From sequence record NC_070999.1: a stretch of 64,000 bases of DNA. One strand, written 5' to 3'. The notes below the pieces were generated by a model. It did not search any database. It saw only the letters and a list, made by a program, of their open reading frames with translations, and was not told the origin of the DNA. Below, piece by piece: positions 1-8,829 of this stretch (within the stretch, counting starts at the first letter, position 1; every line of letters starts with the position of its first letter). Position numbers and translations under genes: made by a program.

Positions 1-1008
1 GCTCAAGGTAATAACTCTCAACAAGCTAACTTAGATGCTTTTGATGAAACCAATATGGTTGAATATGAGTTTCAGTTAATTGATAAAGGTTATAACGTCC
101 TTAAGAACATTCCTGTTTCTGAAAACTATATGATGTGTAAACCGGGTGATGTACTTCCCCTGGTAATGGAGACATATAGTAAACAAGCTAAAATGCCAAG
201 TGGGGTGAAATACAAAGGTCTGTATTTACATCAGCCAATTGATAATCAGAATAACTATAGACAAATACTTATTCCCCAAGGTACAAGGTTAATTGATGTA
301 CCAAGTTACCTACAAGCTCACGATGAGTACGGGATTTACTCTAAAGGTTTAGGCAGTTTTTATAAGCAAGGTTATTGGTGGATCTACCCACTCTTTAATA
401 CAGAGCTTGCTGATAAACATTATCGTCCTATTGACATTATCCGTGTCCCTCAGGATAAAATCCCGACTCTTGATATGACGTTTGTTAAAACTGCTGATGC
501 ATTGACTATTATCTCTACTGGTTATTCTGAACACAGTGATAACGCTGATGTCAGGAAACAAAACAGTGGTGTAGGTAAGCGTATAGTAATGGCAGATGCT
601 ATTGCTGGTGATACTGGTTATCATTATACCAAAGGTAGAGCTGTTACTACTAGAGCTGATTCTCTCCAAGAGTATAAACTGTCAGATAGACGAAATGGTC
701 AAGAGTACATTCCACTTGATTTGAACCCAACTAGTAACGTTTCTCTTCCTATGAGTGAGAACGCTATGAACGAAGGTGAGTTCATTGAAGTAGAATGGCA
801 CAATGGCGATGTAGGGTATTTGGAACCTGGACATCCTGTTAAATACCAGTACATGGGTGAAGGTAACGATATGGTAGTAAGAAAAGGATCTTTGTTAGGT
901 TATCGACAAGACCATCTTCCTATTACCAGTGGACTAGAACCAGACATGAAACGTGTCTGTAAATTACTTCTATTCCTTAAACGTCAAGAAAAGTATAAAG
1001 CAACTTAA
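1..1008 (+). CDS. phiKZ-like virion structural protein, 5'-truncated by window edge
   Basis: Frame of ORF 55..1008 is open back to base 1. Position next to the helicase/capsid block fits phiKZ-like virion genes. No catalytic motif seen. Confidence 0.5.
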   Translation, partial: AQGNNSQQANLDAFDETNMVEYEFQLIDKGYNVLKNIPVSENYMMCKPGDVLPLVMETYSKQAKMPSGVKYKGLYLHQPIDNQNNYRQILIPQGTRLIDVPSYLQAHDEYGIYSKGLGSFYKQGYWWIYPLFNTELADKHYRPIDIIRVPQDKIPTLDMTFVKTADALTIISTGYSEHSDNADVRKQNSGVGKRIVMADAIAGDTGYHYTKGRAVTTRADSLQEYKLSDRRNGQEYIPLDLNPTSNVSLPMSENAMNEGEFIEVEWHNGDVGYLEPGHPVKYQYMGEGNDMVVRKGSLLGYRQDHLPITSGLEPDMKRVCKLLLFLKRQEKYKAT

Positions 1009-1021
1009 GAACATACATATT

Positions 1022-1053
1022 GCTAACTCTAGACCTCACGGTCTAGAGTTAGC
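1022..1053. terminator. Bidirectional hairpin terminator
   Basis: gctaactctagacc-tcac-ggtctagagttagc, perfect 14-bp stem between convergent genes. Confidence 0.85.
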
Positions 1054-1063
1054 TTATTATGAA

Positions 1064-1381
1064 TTATTGGCATTCAATACCATAACTATGATCACACGTA
1101 ATCTGGTGTGTGTACGCGTACCCACAAACAATATTAACAGGTCTTATCCCACAATTGTTAAATTCGCTATCTAATACCTGTGCTCTACTAGCATCGTTTT
1201 TAACCACCAACACCACATTTTCAAATCTACAACCAACAATACTGTTGTACGAATTAATATTAGAAAGATATCCAGGTCCCTCAATAATGCAATCACTAAC
1301 CGCATTGTGAGTACCTTTATCCATAATGGTATTAATGTCATCAGCGGATAGACGTTCACTTTTTACCATTAAACTAATCAT
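1064..1381 (-). CDS. Hypothetical protein, small beta-helix-like
   Basis: 105 aa, downstream of helicase on the same strand; repeats SDCIIEG / GCRFEN / DSEFNNC. Confidence 0.65.
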   Translation of the reverse strand: MISLMVKSERLSADDINTIMDKGTHNAVSDCIIEGPGYLSNINSYNSIVGCRFENVVLVVKNDASRAQVLDSEFNNCGIRPVNIVCGYAYTHQITCDHSYGIECQ

Positions 1382-1414
1382 GTTTATTTCCTTTTACTCG
1401 GTCAGTAAAGTTAA

Positions 1415-2953
1415 TTAACCCATGTCGTCAAAATCAGAACCACCACCCATAGCTTCACTGCGATGAGAGAGTGACTTTCTGAAAGTCTTTTTATCAAAGT
1501 TTATATCGTGCACTAAACCATTTAAGGGGTCTAGTGGATAGATACCAAATCTAGCTGATTCAGCAGCACCTTCACCCCGCATCTTACCTACATAATAAGT
1601 GAAGTAACACTCATCATTGGTCATCTTAGCTACATGGAACGTAATCTCTACATCTACCTCGTTGGTCAGCTTGGTAGAACCCTCAGTCATTGATTTACCG
1701 CCGATATCTCTTGCAAAGTAAATTTCAGAATCATCATCAGATTCACGAATAAACTTTTTAGCATCAGGGTTTAATTGATGAGGAGTAAAGAATGCAGCAC
1801 CACGTGAACTAAAGAAGTTACGAGCACGACGATACAAGTCTTGAAGTTTATCAGAACGAGATTCACCTTGACAGCCGGTAAGATCAGCCATAGCCAAGTA
1901 ATCGTACGCACCTACAATTATTTCATGTCCACGAATTTCCAGGTTACGAACACGCTGCATAATCTCAGTGATGTTATCGTGACTCGGGTTTACACGAAAG
2001 AACTGGAAATCCCAACCATTGTCTTTAAATCCACTGATGATTGTTTCTACAACAGTATCAGTAGTTGCTTCAAAGAAGTTTGGTTTAACCCCGGTTTTAG
2101 CAGTAACAAAAAGTTCGTACATGCGCTTAAAGATCAAACCAAGAGAATCCTCGGCTGACATCAAACAAACAGTTGGAATACGACTTTTATCACGCAATAC
2201 AGGTTTATTATAAAGTGGGACAGATGCCAAGATATGAGCCAGACCAAATGACTTACCGCGGTTAGTCAAAGCGTTGATCATGTAGAACAAACCACGACGA
2301 ATCCCTAAGTCTGGATAAAGCGCTTCATTCAAACCAGCTAAACCAGTTTTCATGATACCTTCAGCGGAAGTTTCAATCTTCAATAGATCAATTACAGCTG
2401 CGATAGACTTTGGATCATTACTACTGGATTTCTCTACAACTGCTTTATCAAAGTTATTATCAGTATCTGAAATCTTAGCGGAGATAAGTTCGTTAATTTT
2501 AATCCAGTCTTCTCTTGTTAGATCTTCTTCACCATCAAACAAGAAAGGTCGAACCATGGATTTAAATTCATAACCAAATTTGTTCTTGACGTCATTATCA
2601 CGAAGTTCTTTAATAATCTCAAAAATGAGTTTCCGACTATCTTCTTCGTTATATTGATCATTAAATGTATTATTAAGAAGTTTCTCTAAAGTTGGATCGA
2701 GAATAACAATTTCACCAACTTTACTGACTGACAAAGATGTTATGATGTTGGAATCAACAGGTTGTTCCCTTATCCAAACTAAAAGTTTACGTAAGAGTGC
2801 TTCTACTCGTTTATCTTGTTGAACAAGACTTTCCTTACTTTTAGGAACCGATTCAGCCAACAAACTCAATTCATCCATCATGTCTGTATCGTGCAACCGC
2901 CAAGCTTGAAACATTGCTGTTGCTATTTTGACAAGACGAATTAGGTTATTCAT
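1415..2953 (-). CDS. dnaB: DnaB-like (SF4) replicative helicase, phiKZ gp118-like
   Basis: Walker A ALTNRGKSF, Walker B-like AYDYL, H4-like TPHQLN; 512 aa; lies upstream of the capsid gene as in phiKZ. Confidence 0.9.
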   Translation of the reverse strand: MNNLIRLVKIATAMFQAWRLHDTDMMDELSLLAESVPKSKESLVQQDKRVEALLRKLLVWIREQPVDSNIITSLSVSKVGEIVILDPTLEKLLNNTFNDQYNEEDSRKLIFEIIKELRDNDVKNKFGYEFKSMVRPFLFDGEEDLTREDWIKINELISAKISDTDNNFDKAVVEKSSSNDPKSIAAVIDLLKIETSAEGIMKTGLAGLNEALYPDLGIRRGLFYMINALTNRGKSFGLAHILASVPLYNKPVLRDKSRIPTVCLMSAEDSLGLIFKRMYELFVTAKTGVKPNFFEATTDTVVETIISGFKDNGWDFQFFRVNPSHDNITEIMQRVRNLEIRGHEIIVGAYDYLAMADLTGCQGESRSDKLQDLYRRARNFFSSRGAAFFTPHQLNPDAKKFIRESDDDSEIYFARDIGGKSMTEGSTKLTNEVDVEITFHVAKMTNDECYFTYYVGKMRGEGAAESARFGIYPLDPLNGLVHDINFDKKTFRKSLSHRSEAMGGGSDFDDMG

Positions 2954-2991
2954 ACGTAACTCCTTGGTGAAAATTCTGTTAGGTAACTAAT

Positions 2992-3543
2992 ATGCAAGTT
3001 AAATTGGGATTGAAAGAGACCAACGTCTATTTCCTAAGGGAACAAGACCTTGATCTTTTGAATGCAAACAAGCTTAGACTTGTTGATCTACCTTATCTGC
3101 CTAAATTTGATAATGTGGTTGACAGTGACTGCTTGGACTGGTTGGAATACCAACGAGCAGTGGAAAAGCAATACTGTGGTTTTAAGAATACAACTTATAC
3201 ACCTCTTGGTGATATTAAAAATGTTGAATTTAACCGGACAGGTACGGTCTATAAAACAAAGTATCAAGATGTTCTAAATTCCGACAAGAAGGTTAAAACA
3301 GGAAAGCATTTTTACTTCCACACAGCAGGTGGTCAGGTATTCATCCTCAATAGTAATAATATTGTGAAGAACGCCTTGTTCACTGAAGTGCCGGGAGATC
3401 TGTCTACTGCTGTTTATCGTTCCCTGCTAAATGCAGTGGGTTCTGTAGAGTTTTATTTCCGTGACTCTAAGGACTTATTCAAAACGTGCGAAGAACGCGG
3501 TTTCGTTGATCCTGGTTTTATTCTGTCCAAAGTAGTTGCGTAA
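2992..3543 (+). CDS. Hypothetical protein
   Basis: 183-aa ORF filling the gap between helicase and capsid genes. Confidence 0.75.
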   Translation: MQVKLGLKETNVYFLREQDLDLLNANKLRLVDLPYLPKFDNVVDSDCLDWLEYQRAVEKQYCGFKNTTYTPLGDIKNVEFNRTGTVYKTKYQDVLNSDKKVKTGKHFYFHTAGGQVFILNSNNIVKNALFTEVPGDLSTAVYRSLLNAVGSVEFYFRDSKDLFKTCEERGFVDPGFILSKVVA

Positions 3544-3669
3544 TGCTTTGTGATTAATAAGGATAGTTGTACGTTTAATGAATGTTATGCGTAAAACTCA
3601 CTCCTGTTGCGCAAACAAATATATTTGTTTTCGATATCGACATGTCTTTTTAAATGGGAATTTCTCTTT

Positions 3670-5841
3670 ATGACTATCCAATTTTCCGTGAAGGGTGCTG
3701 GTAACAAAGGCGCTCACCTGAAGAACGTAATGGCTAACCTGCAGGCTGTACAATTCAAAGAGGGTAACGTCTGGGCTGGTATTACTGGTAACGAATCTCT
3801 GAACGCTGTTGAAACCACCATCAATGCCGGTATCGGTTTTAACCAGAAGAGCGCTCTGGCTTCCGCTATTGGTTCTTTTGCTGATCAAAGTTTTGCTGAT
3901 CGTGCTGCTAAATTCGCTGACATGGTTAAAGTCGGTGGTATGGAATCCTTCTCTGCTTCTATGGAAGCTGGTAAGATCAACCGTCACAAAGCCGCTACTC
4001 TGGAACTGAACGCTCGTGGTAACCGTCAATGGGATGCTGCTGAAGAACTGTTCAAAACCGTTACCATCGGTTATGCTGACGAAAACCTGCAACTGCCGAT
4101 CGACGTAGCTGGTGTCGGTGCTTACAACGTTTCCGGTAACGTAAACGAATCTTTCGAAGATCTGCGTCCGATCGCCTCTGTTCTGGCTGATGACAAGTTC
4201 TCCTCAGGTGATGACCTGAAACTGGTTCCGGTTTATCCTGCTGACGCTAACAACCCGAACCGTGCTGCTTTCGTTGCTGAAGGTGACTGGACTCCTTGGG
4301 ATGAAGCTTATGAAGCTAATGACCTGCTGGGTCGTGAAGCTCACAAGACCAACTATCTGGCAATCCGCAAAGCTAACAACCTGATGAGCCTGTGTCAAGC
4401 TCCTGGTGCTCCGCGTTTTGAACAGAACGATGAAATCGAATCTGGTTCCATCCGTCTGAACAGCTTCCTGCTGAAGATCAAAACCAAAGATGGTGAGGGT
4501 TTCGCTACCCTGGACACTTCTACCATGTCCTCTACCGCCATGCGTCCTGGTACCGGTCTGACCTCTGATGAGAAGCGTCAAATCGCTTTCGTTATCAACG
4601 GTATGGACGTTGCCAACCTGAAGACCAAAGCTGGTGCACCGACCCAACTGTTCAAAACCCTGACTGATGCCGGTCTGCAAGTCTTTGTACAGTTTGAGTA
4701 CTCTGCTACCTATCAGCGTTCTACCCGTGCTCTGTCCCCGACTGTATCTCCTGTTACCATTGCTTATGTAATGAAGAATGGTGAGAAGCTGGTTCCGGGT
4801 ACCGCTGGTATGCCTGCTGATATTCAAGCTCTGATCACCGCTCAGGCTGTAGAAGCTTCTGTTCACGGTGTTGTTCTGAAAATGAACCACAACAACGTTA
4901 ACCAGAGCCGCTACGGTACCACCGTTGTGTTCGCTAACACCATCAAGAACTACGGCGTGCGTCGTCGGAACCCGATCTCTGTTAAGTACCCGATGCAAGG
5001 CGATGACACCAACGCTGACGTACTGGCTCAGCTGATCAAGCAGATGGATGTGCTGGTTACTCGTGAAATGTCTCACGATGCTTTCCGTGCAGCCCATGGT
5101 CACTTTGCATACCTGTATGACAACAACGGTCAGCAGATGGTTAACATCAACGATGATAGCTCCTCTGTTCTGCCGGGTCAGCACTTCCTGAACACCACTG
5201 CTGTACACAGCAAGTTCAAGCTGCTGGAGCAAGTTAATACTCTGGATTCCAAAGACGCTCTGGAGAACATCCGTGCTGTCCTGGTTAACAAGATCTATGA
5301 CATCATCACCGCTCTGCGTGTGAACTCCAACGTAGCTGCTTTGAAAGAGCTGGATGGTCGTGCTGAAGAGTATCGCGTAATCGCACACTCCTCCATGGCT
5401 CCGTTCTTGATGAACGCAGGTGACTACCGTACCTTCGGTAACAACGTCAAGTTTGAAGTTGTTGAAACCAACATCAACTCTGAGAAGGGTCTGCTGTGGG
5501 TTGTGCCGAAGTCCAACACCAAAGATGACGAAATCGATATCTATGGTGGTATGGGTATCTGCGTGACCAAGGAACTGCTGGTCATCGAAGGCGCTGTAAC
5601 TCAAGCTGATCGCCAGTACCGTATGCTGATCACTCAACCTGCTTATCAGCACCACGCTCTGAGTTGTGTGGCTGGTCTGGCTGAGATCGAAGACATTGCT
5701 CAGCTGCTGAGCGACGAAGGTCTGATCAGTGCCGTCAACAAGCACATGGTACAAGTCAGTGGTTCCACTGATCCTGTCGGTACCCAGAAGGTAGAAGTCA
5801 TGAACTGGCCAGCTACCGGCGGTTCTGTACAAGTACCGTAA
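3670..5841 (+). CDS. Major capsid protein, phiKZ gp120-like
   Basis: 723 aa from ATG 3670 (MTIQFSVKG); strong optimal-codon bias; GxES putative maturation sites in the N-terminus; helicase-x-MCP-x-RNAP synteny. Confidence 0.9.
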   Translation: MTIQFSVKGAGNKGAHLKNVMANLQAVQFKEGNVWAGITGNESLNAVETTINAGIGFNQKSALASAIGSFADQSFADRAAKFADMVKVGGMESFSASMEAGKINRHKAATLELNARGNRQWDAAEELFKTVTIGYADENLQLPIDVAGVGAYNVSGNVNESFEDLRPIASVLADDKFSSGDDLKLVPVYPADANNPNRAAFVAEGDWTPWDEAYEANDLLGREAHKTNYLAIRKANNLMSLCQAPGAPRFEQNDEIESGSIRLNSFLLKIKTKDGEGFATLDTSTMSSTAMRPGTGLTSDEKRQIAFVINGMDVANLKTKAGAPTQLFKTLTDAGLQVFVQFEYSATYQRSTRALSPTVSPVTIAYVMKNGEKLVPGTAGMPADIQALITAQAVEASVHGVVLKMNHNNVNQSRYGTTVVFANTIKNYGVRRRNPISVKYPMQGDDTNADVLAQLIKQMDVLVTREMSHDAFRAAHGHFAYLYDNNGQQMVNINDDSSSVLPGQHFLNTTAVHSKFKLLEQVNTLDSKDALENIRAVLVNKIYDIITALRVNSNVAALKELDGRAEEYRVIAHSSMAPFLMNAGDYRTFGNNVKFEVVETNINSEKGLLWVVPKSNTKDDEIDIYGGMGICVTKELLVIEGAVTQADRQYRMLITQPAYQHHALSCVAGLAEIEDIAQLLSDEGLISAVNKHMVQVSGSTDPVGTQKVEVMNWPATGGSVQVP

Positions 5842-5881
5842 TAACTACGCAATGTAGTTAAGTTGTTAATACGCTAACTAA

Positions 5882-5914
5882 AACTCCTACTCTCCCAAAA
5901 GGAGAGTAGGAGTT
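5882..5914 (+). terminator. Hairpin terminator after capsid gene
   Basis: aactcctactctcc-caaaa-ggagagtaggagtt, 14-bp stem, T-rich downstream. Confidence 0.85.
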
Positions 5915-5941
5915 ATGTTTTGTCCTCTATTTTTCTTTGTT

Positions 5942-5970
5942 CTATATTTTTTCAGATAGATATTATTAAG
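5942..5970 (+). promoter_or_regulatory. Conserved early-type phage promoter motif (copy 1)
   Basis: ctatattttttcagatagatattattaag, identical to 47619..47647; resembles the AT-rich TATATTAC phiKZ early promoter class. Confidence 0.75.
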
Positions 5971-6022
5971 TTGTAATGTCAGGGAGGTTTATTTCTGATG
6001 TATTAATAATAGAGAAAATAAG

Positions 6023-7051
6023 ATGAACAATTCACGAGTACACAAAAACTCTGAATTTGGATTTCGCTCTCTTATTGAGAATAATACTTTCGAAGATCTT
6101 TATCTAGTTCATCGATCTGGTGTGAAGACTATTCTTCCTGCTAAGACTAGTGAAACGTTGAATAGAGATCCTTTCATGGTTAATCAATTGATTATCTATG
6201 GCGAAGTAGGAGTACCTGATTGTGTATTAACAGATATGATTGACACCAAAACTGGTGAGAGTCCTTTTCTGTTGGAACAACTGGGTAAACATCTATCCGA
6301 ATTCAAACAAGAACATCCTTATTGCCAACATTGGGCAACGCCTTGGGATCGTGCTTTCCATACTTGTCACGATATTAACAAGAACTATTTTGTTAGTGAA
6401 TCACTGGGGGTATTGGTTTGTAAAGTTCCGGAGTTAGATAACGTTTTAGCTAAATCGGGGTTCCTTCCCATGTACGCACTTCATAAAGAGATGCCAGAAC
6501 CTAAGTTAGGTGACGACATGTCTATTGAGGACCGTAACTTTAGCAATAGTGATATTCTTCACGCAACAGCTGTGGTAATTGACAAGCGTAATAAAATGGG
6601 TACTCTCTGGACTACTGTGTTCGGACAGACTTACGAATTACCAGTCATCACCAACTCACAATTGGAAGATGGTGTATATTTGAAATCAGGTAGCACTGGC
6701 AACGGTCCTTTTGAGTTTATTGCTTATAACTCTACTGATTTTGATAAGCTGATTCGTGAACGTAATATCCATCGTAAACGTGATGACGCAATCTTTGATC
6801 CGAGTAATAAAGAACTGGCAGCTAAGTTAACTGAACTGAGTAAACTAAAAGCTGAACATAAGAAAGTAAAACTCGAATTACAAGAGCTGATAATTGAGCA
6901 CAAGAAAGTCAAGGAGAAACATAAAGACGAGTTTGATACTTTAAAAGGTAACAGGCTTAATAATACTATACTGGATTGGTTTAGAGCAATCATGGGTCCG
7001 TTTGGAGGGGATATCAAACGTCTCATAGGTGGATTATTCACGTTTGCTTAG
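6023..7051 (+). CDS. Hypothetical protein with C-terminal coiled coil
   Basis: 342 aa; K/E-rich heptads (KLTELSKLKAEHKKVKLELQEL) followed by an amphipathic C-terminus. Confidence 0.8.
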   Translation: MNNSRVHKNSEFGFRSLIENNTFEDLYLVHRSGVKTILPAKTSETLNRDPFMVNQLIIYGEVGVPDCVLTDMIDTKTGESPFLLEQLGKHLSEFKQEHPYCQHWATPWDRAFHTCHDINKNYFVSESLGVLVCKVPELDNVLAKSGFLPMYALHKEMPEPKLGDDMSIEDRNFSNSDILHATAVVIDKRNKMGTLWTTVFGQTYELPVITNSQLEDGVYLKSGSTGNGPFEFIAYNSTDFDKLIRERNIHRKRDDAIFDPSNKELAAKLTELSKLKAEHKKVKLELQELIIEHKKVKEKHKDEFDTLKGNRLNNTILDWFRAIMGPFGGDIKRLIGGLFTFA

Positions 7052-7109
7052 TTGATAAACTAACTGGTAATGGATATAACAAGTACGACTAACATACAAA
7101 GGAGAAGCA

Positions 7110-8810
7110 ATGGATCCGCAGTTGCTAAGAAAGATCTCCAAGACCAGAGAGCCGTTTACACCGGAACTGGTTGAAGGGTGGCACGAAAAAGATTTGAACA
7201 AAAGTGTCACGTATCTTGAAAACTGTTTTAGAAATATGTTTAGATCGTTAGAAGAAAAAGGATATGTTTTCGACGGGATCGAAAAAGTTCCTCCTCTGGA
7301 GTTTTATAACGCAATCACCAAACCAGGTAACGGAACTAGTTCCGGAACAAAAGAGTTTGAAATTGCTAAGAACTCTTTTTATGGTGTGCGCGTAAAACAT
7401 CACTTCAAAGACCCTGTAACAGGTGTATGTCAAGAACTCAAAGAACCTTTGATGTTCCTACCGTACACTAATCGACATGGAGATATTTATACTCGTAATT
7501 CACTGTATGGATTGCAGTATGTGTTATCAGAACGAGGTCCTTCTGTAGACGGTGGTAAAGATAAAACTATCTTTATTCGCGTAACAGGATACAAGTTCAA
7601 AGTAACCAAGGAATTACATACCTTTAACAGGGTATATAAAGCAGGTGAGAATACAATCACCAATGCAATGAATATGACACTTCCCGCAAACCGCTTTTAT
7701 CAAGCGCGTAAAGATCGTCGTATTACCAACACCAAGATTCCGATTCCTTTGCTAAGTTGGTATCTGTTTGGTAAATATGGTTTCTCTCAGTGCATGGAAG
7801 AGTATGGTGAATGTGAGTATCGACTAGATACTGTTGACACTTTGCTTGAACATTATAAAGAGAAAGATGGTTGGGAGATTTATAGTAATACAGGTGCTAT
7901 TCACCCAAAGGCTTTTGATAGACCTTCTGGTATGCCTTTGATGGAAGATCCCGCAATTGCTATTCGTAGTAAGAATAAAGATGGGCAAGTTAGTAACCTA
8001 GCATTGCAATATACTGCTGGATTGCTATACATGTTCGGAGTATTCAACCATGATCTTGATATTACCAAATTGGATGATATCAACTATTGGCGTTTAATCA
8101 TCGGTCGCTGTTCTATTAAGTTAGCGCAGCGTACTGAAGATGATATTTATCTGAAACAGATGAACGAACATTTCCTGTCTGTTGAAGAGTACGCTGATGA
8201 TCTTACCATTGACAAGTACAACAAGTTCGATATTGAAGTAAAGAACACGTACGACTTGCTCAATTATCTCATGTTGAATTATTCTAACCTGATTAAGTTG
8301 TATGATCCAGCTGATATGCTCCACAAGGAACTCTCCTCTATGGAATTCCTAATGGATTACATGATCAACCAAGCTAACAACTTTAAGTTCCAAATCAGGA
8401 ATAAAGCAGTTATCATTCCAAAGATCATTAATCGCGAAATTGATACGTTCTTCCGTCTGTTTAACATAGACAAGAGTGTTCGTGATAATAATGTCTGCTT
8501 GGAACAAACCGGAACGGATAATCCGTTTATCGATTATGGATTGGGTGTGATTCTTCAAACCAAGGCTAATGTTGGAAAAGGTCCTGGTAGAAAGAAAGAA
8601 GACTTCGATCCCAATCATCCGGGATCCAAGATTCATGCGTCGCAACCCTTTGTCTGTAGTTATCAATTTACAACTAAACCGAATCCAGATGGACGAGGAC
8701 TACTACAACCACGAGTAAGATTGGTTGCTGGTAGATTCGTGGCGCTCCATCCGGAAGATCGACAGTTGTATGAAGCAACGAATCATCGCCTCAAGTTTAG
8801 AGAGCGCTAA
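7110..8810 (+). CDS. Non-virion RNA polymerase beta subunit, N-terminal half (phiKZ gp123-like)
   Basis: 566 aa; beta-like segments LMFLPYTNRHGDIY..LQYVLSERG; conserved position two genes after the capsid gene. Confidence 0.8.
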   Translation: MDPQLLRKISKTREPFTPELVEGWHEKDLNKSVTYLENCFRNMFRSLEEKGYVFDGIEKVPPLEFYNAITKPGNGTSSGTKEFEIAKNSFYGVRVKHHFKDPVTGVCQELKEPLMFLPYTNRHGDIYTRNSLYGLQYVLSERGPSVDGGKDKTIFIRVTGYKFKVTKELHTFNRVYKAGENTITNAMNMTLPANRFYQARKDRRITNTKIPIPLLSWYLFGKYGFSQCMEEYGECEYRLDTVDTLLEHYKEKDGWEIYSNTGAIHPKAFDRPSGMPLMEDPAIAIRSKNKDGQVSNLALQYTAGLLYMFGVFNHDLDITKLDDINYWRLIIGRCSIKLAQRTEDDIYLKQMNEHFLSVEEYADDLTIDKYNKFDIEVKNTYDLLNYLMLNYSNLIKLYDPADMLHKELSSMEFLMDYMINQANNFKFQIRNKAVIIPKIINREIDTFFRLFNIDKSVRDNNVCLEQTGTDNPFIDYGLGVILQTKANVGKGPGRKKEDFDPNHPGSKIHASQPFVCSYQFTTKPNPDGRGLLQPRVRLVAGRFVALHPEDRQLYEATNHRLKFRER

Positions 8811-8829
8811 CGCATAAGGTGGTATTATA

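Noticed and set aside
3607-3669. Longer ORF-track starts (also 19285, 21785, 22074, 28100, 54531, 56866)
   Set aside because: Downstream ATGs have better SD spacing or match paralog N-termini
4204-5832. 542-aa antisense ORF (and 3598..4092) opposite the capsid gene
   Set aside because: Shadow of strong codon bias in a highly expressed gene; no RBS and no protein-like motifs
3670-5841. Elevated GC of the capsid gene as horizontal transfer
   Set aside because: Explained by optimal codons (CTG, AAC, ATC, CGT) in a core gene with conserved synteny
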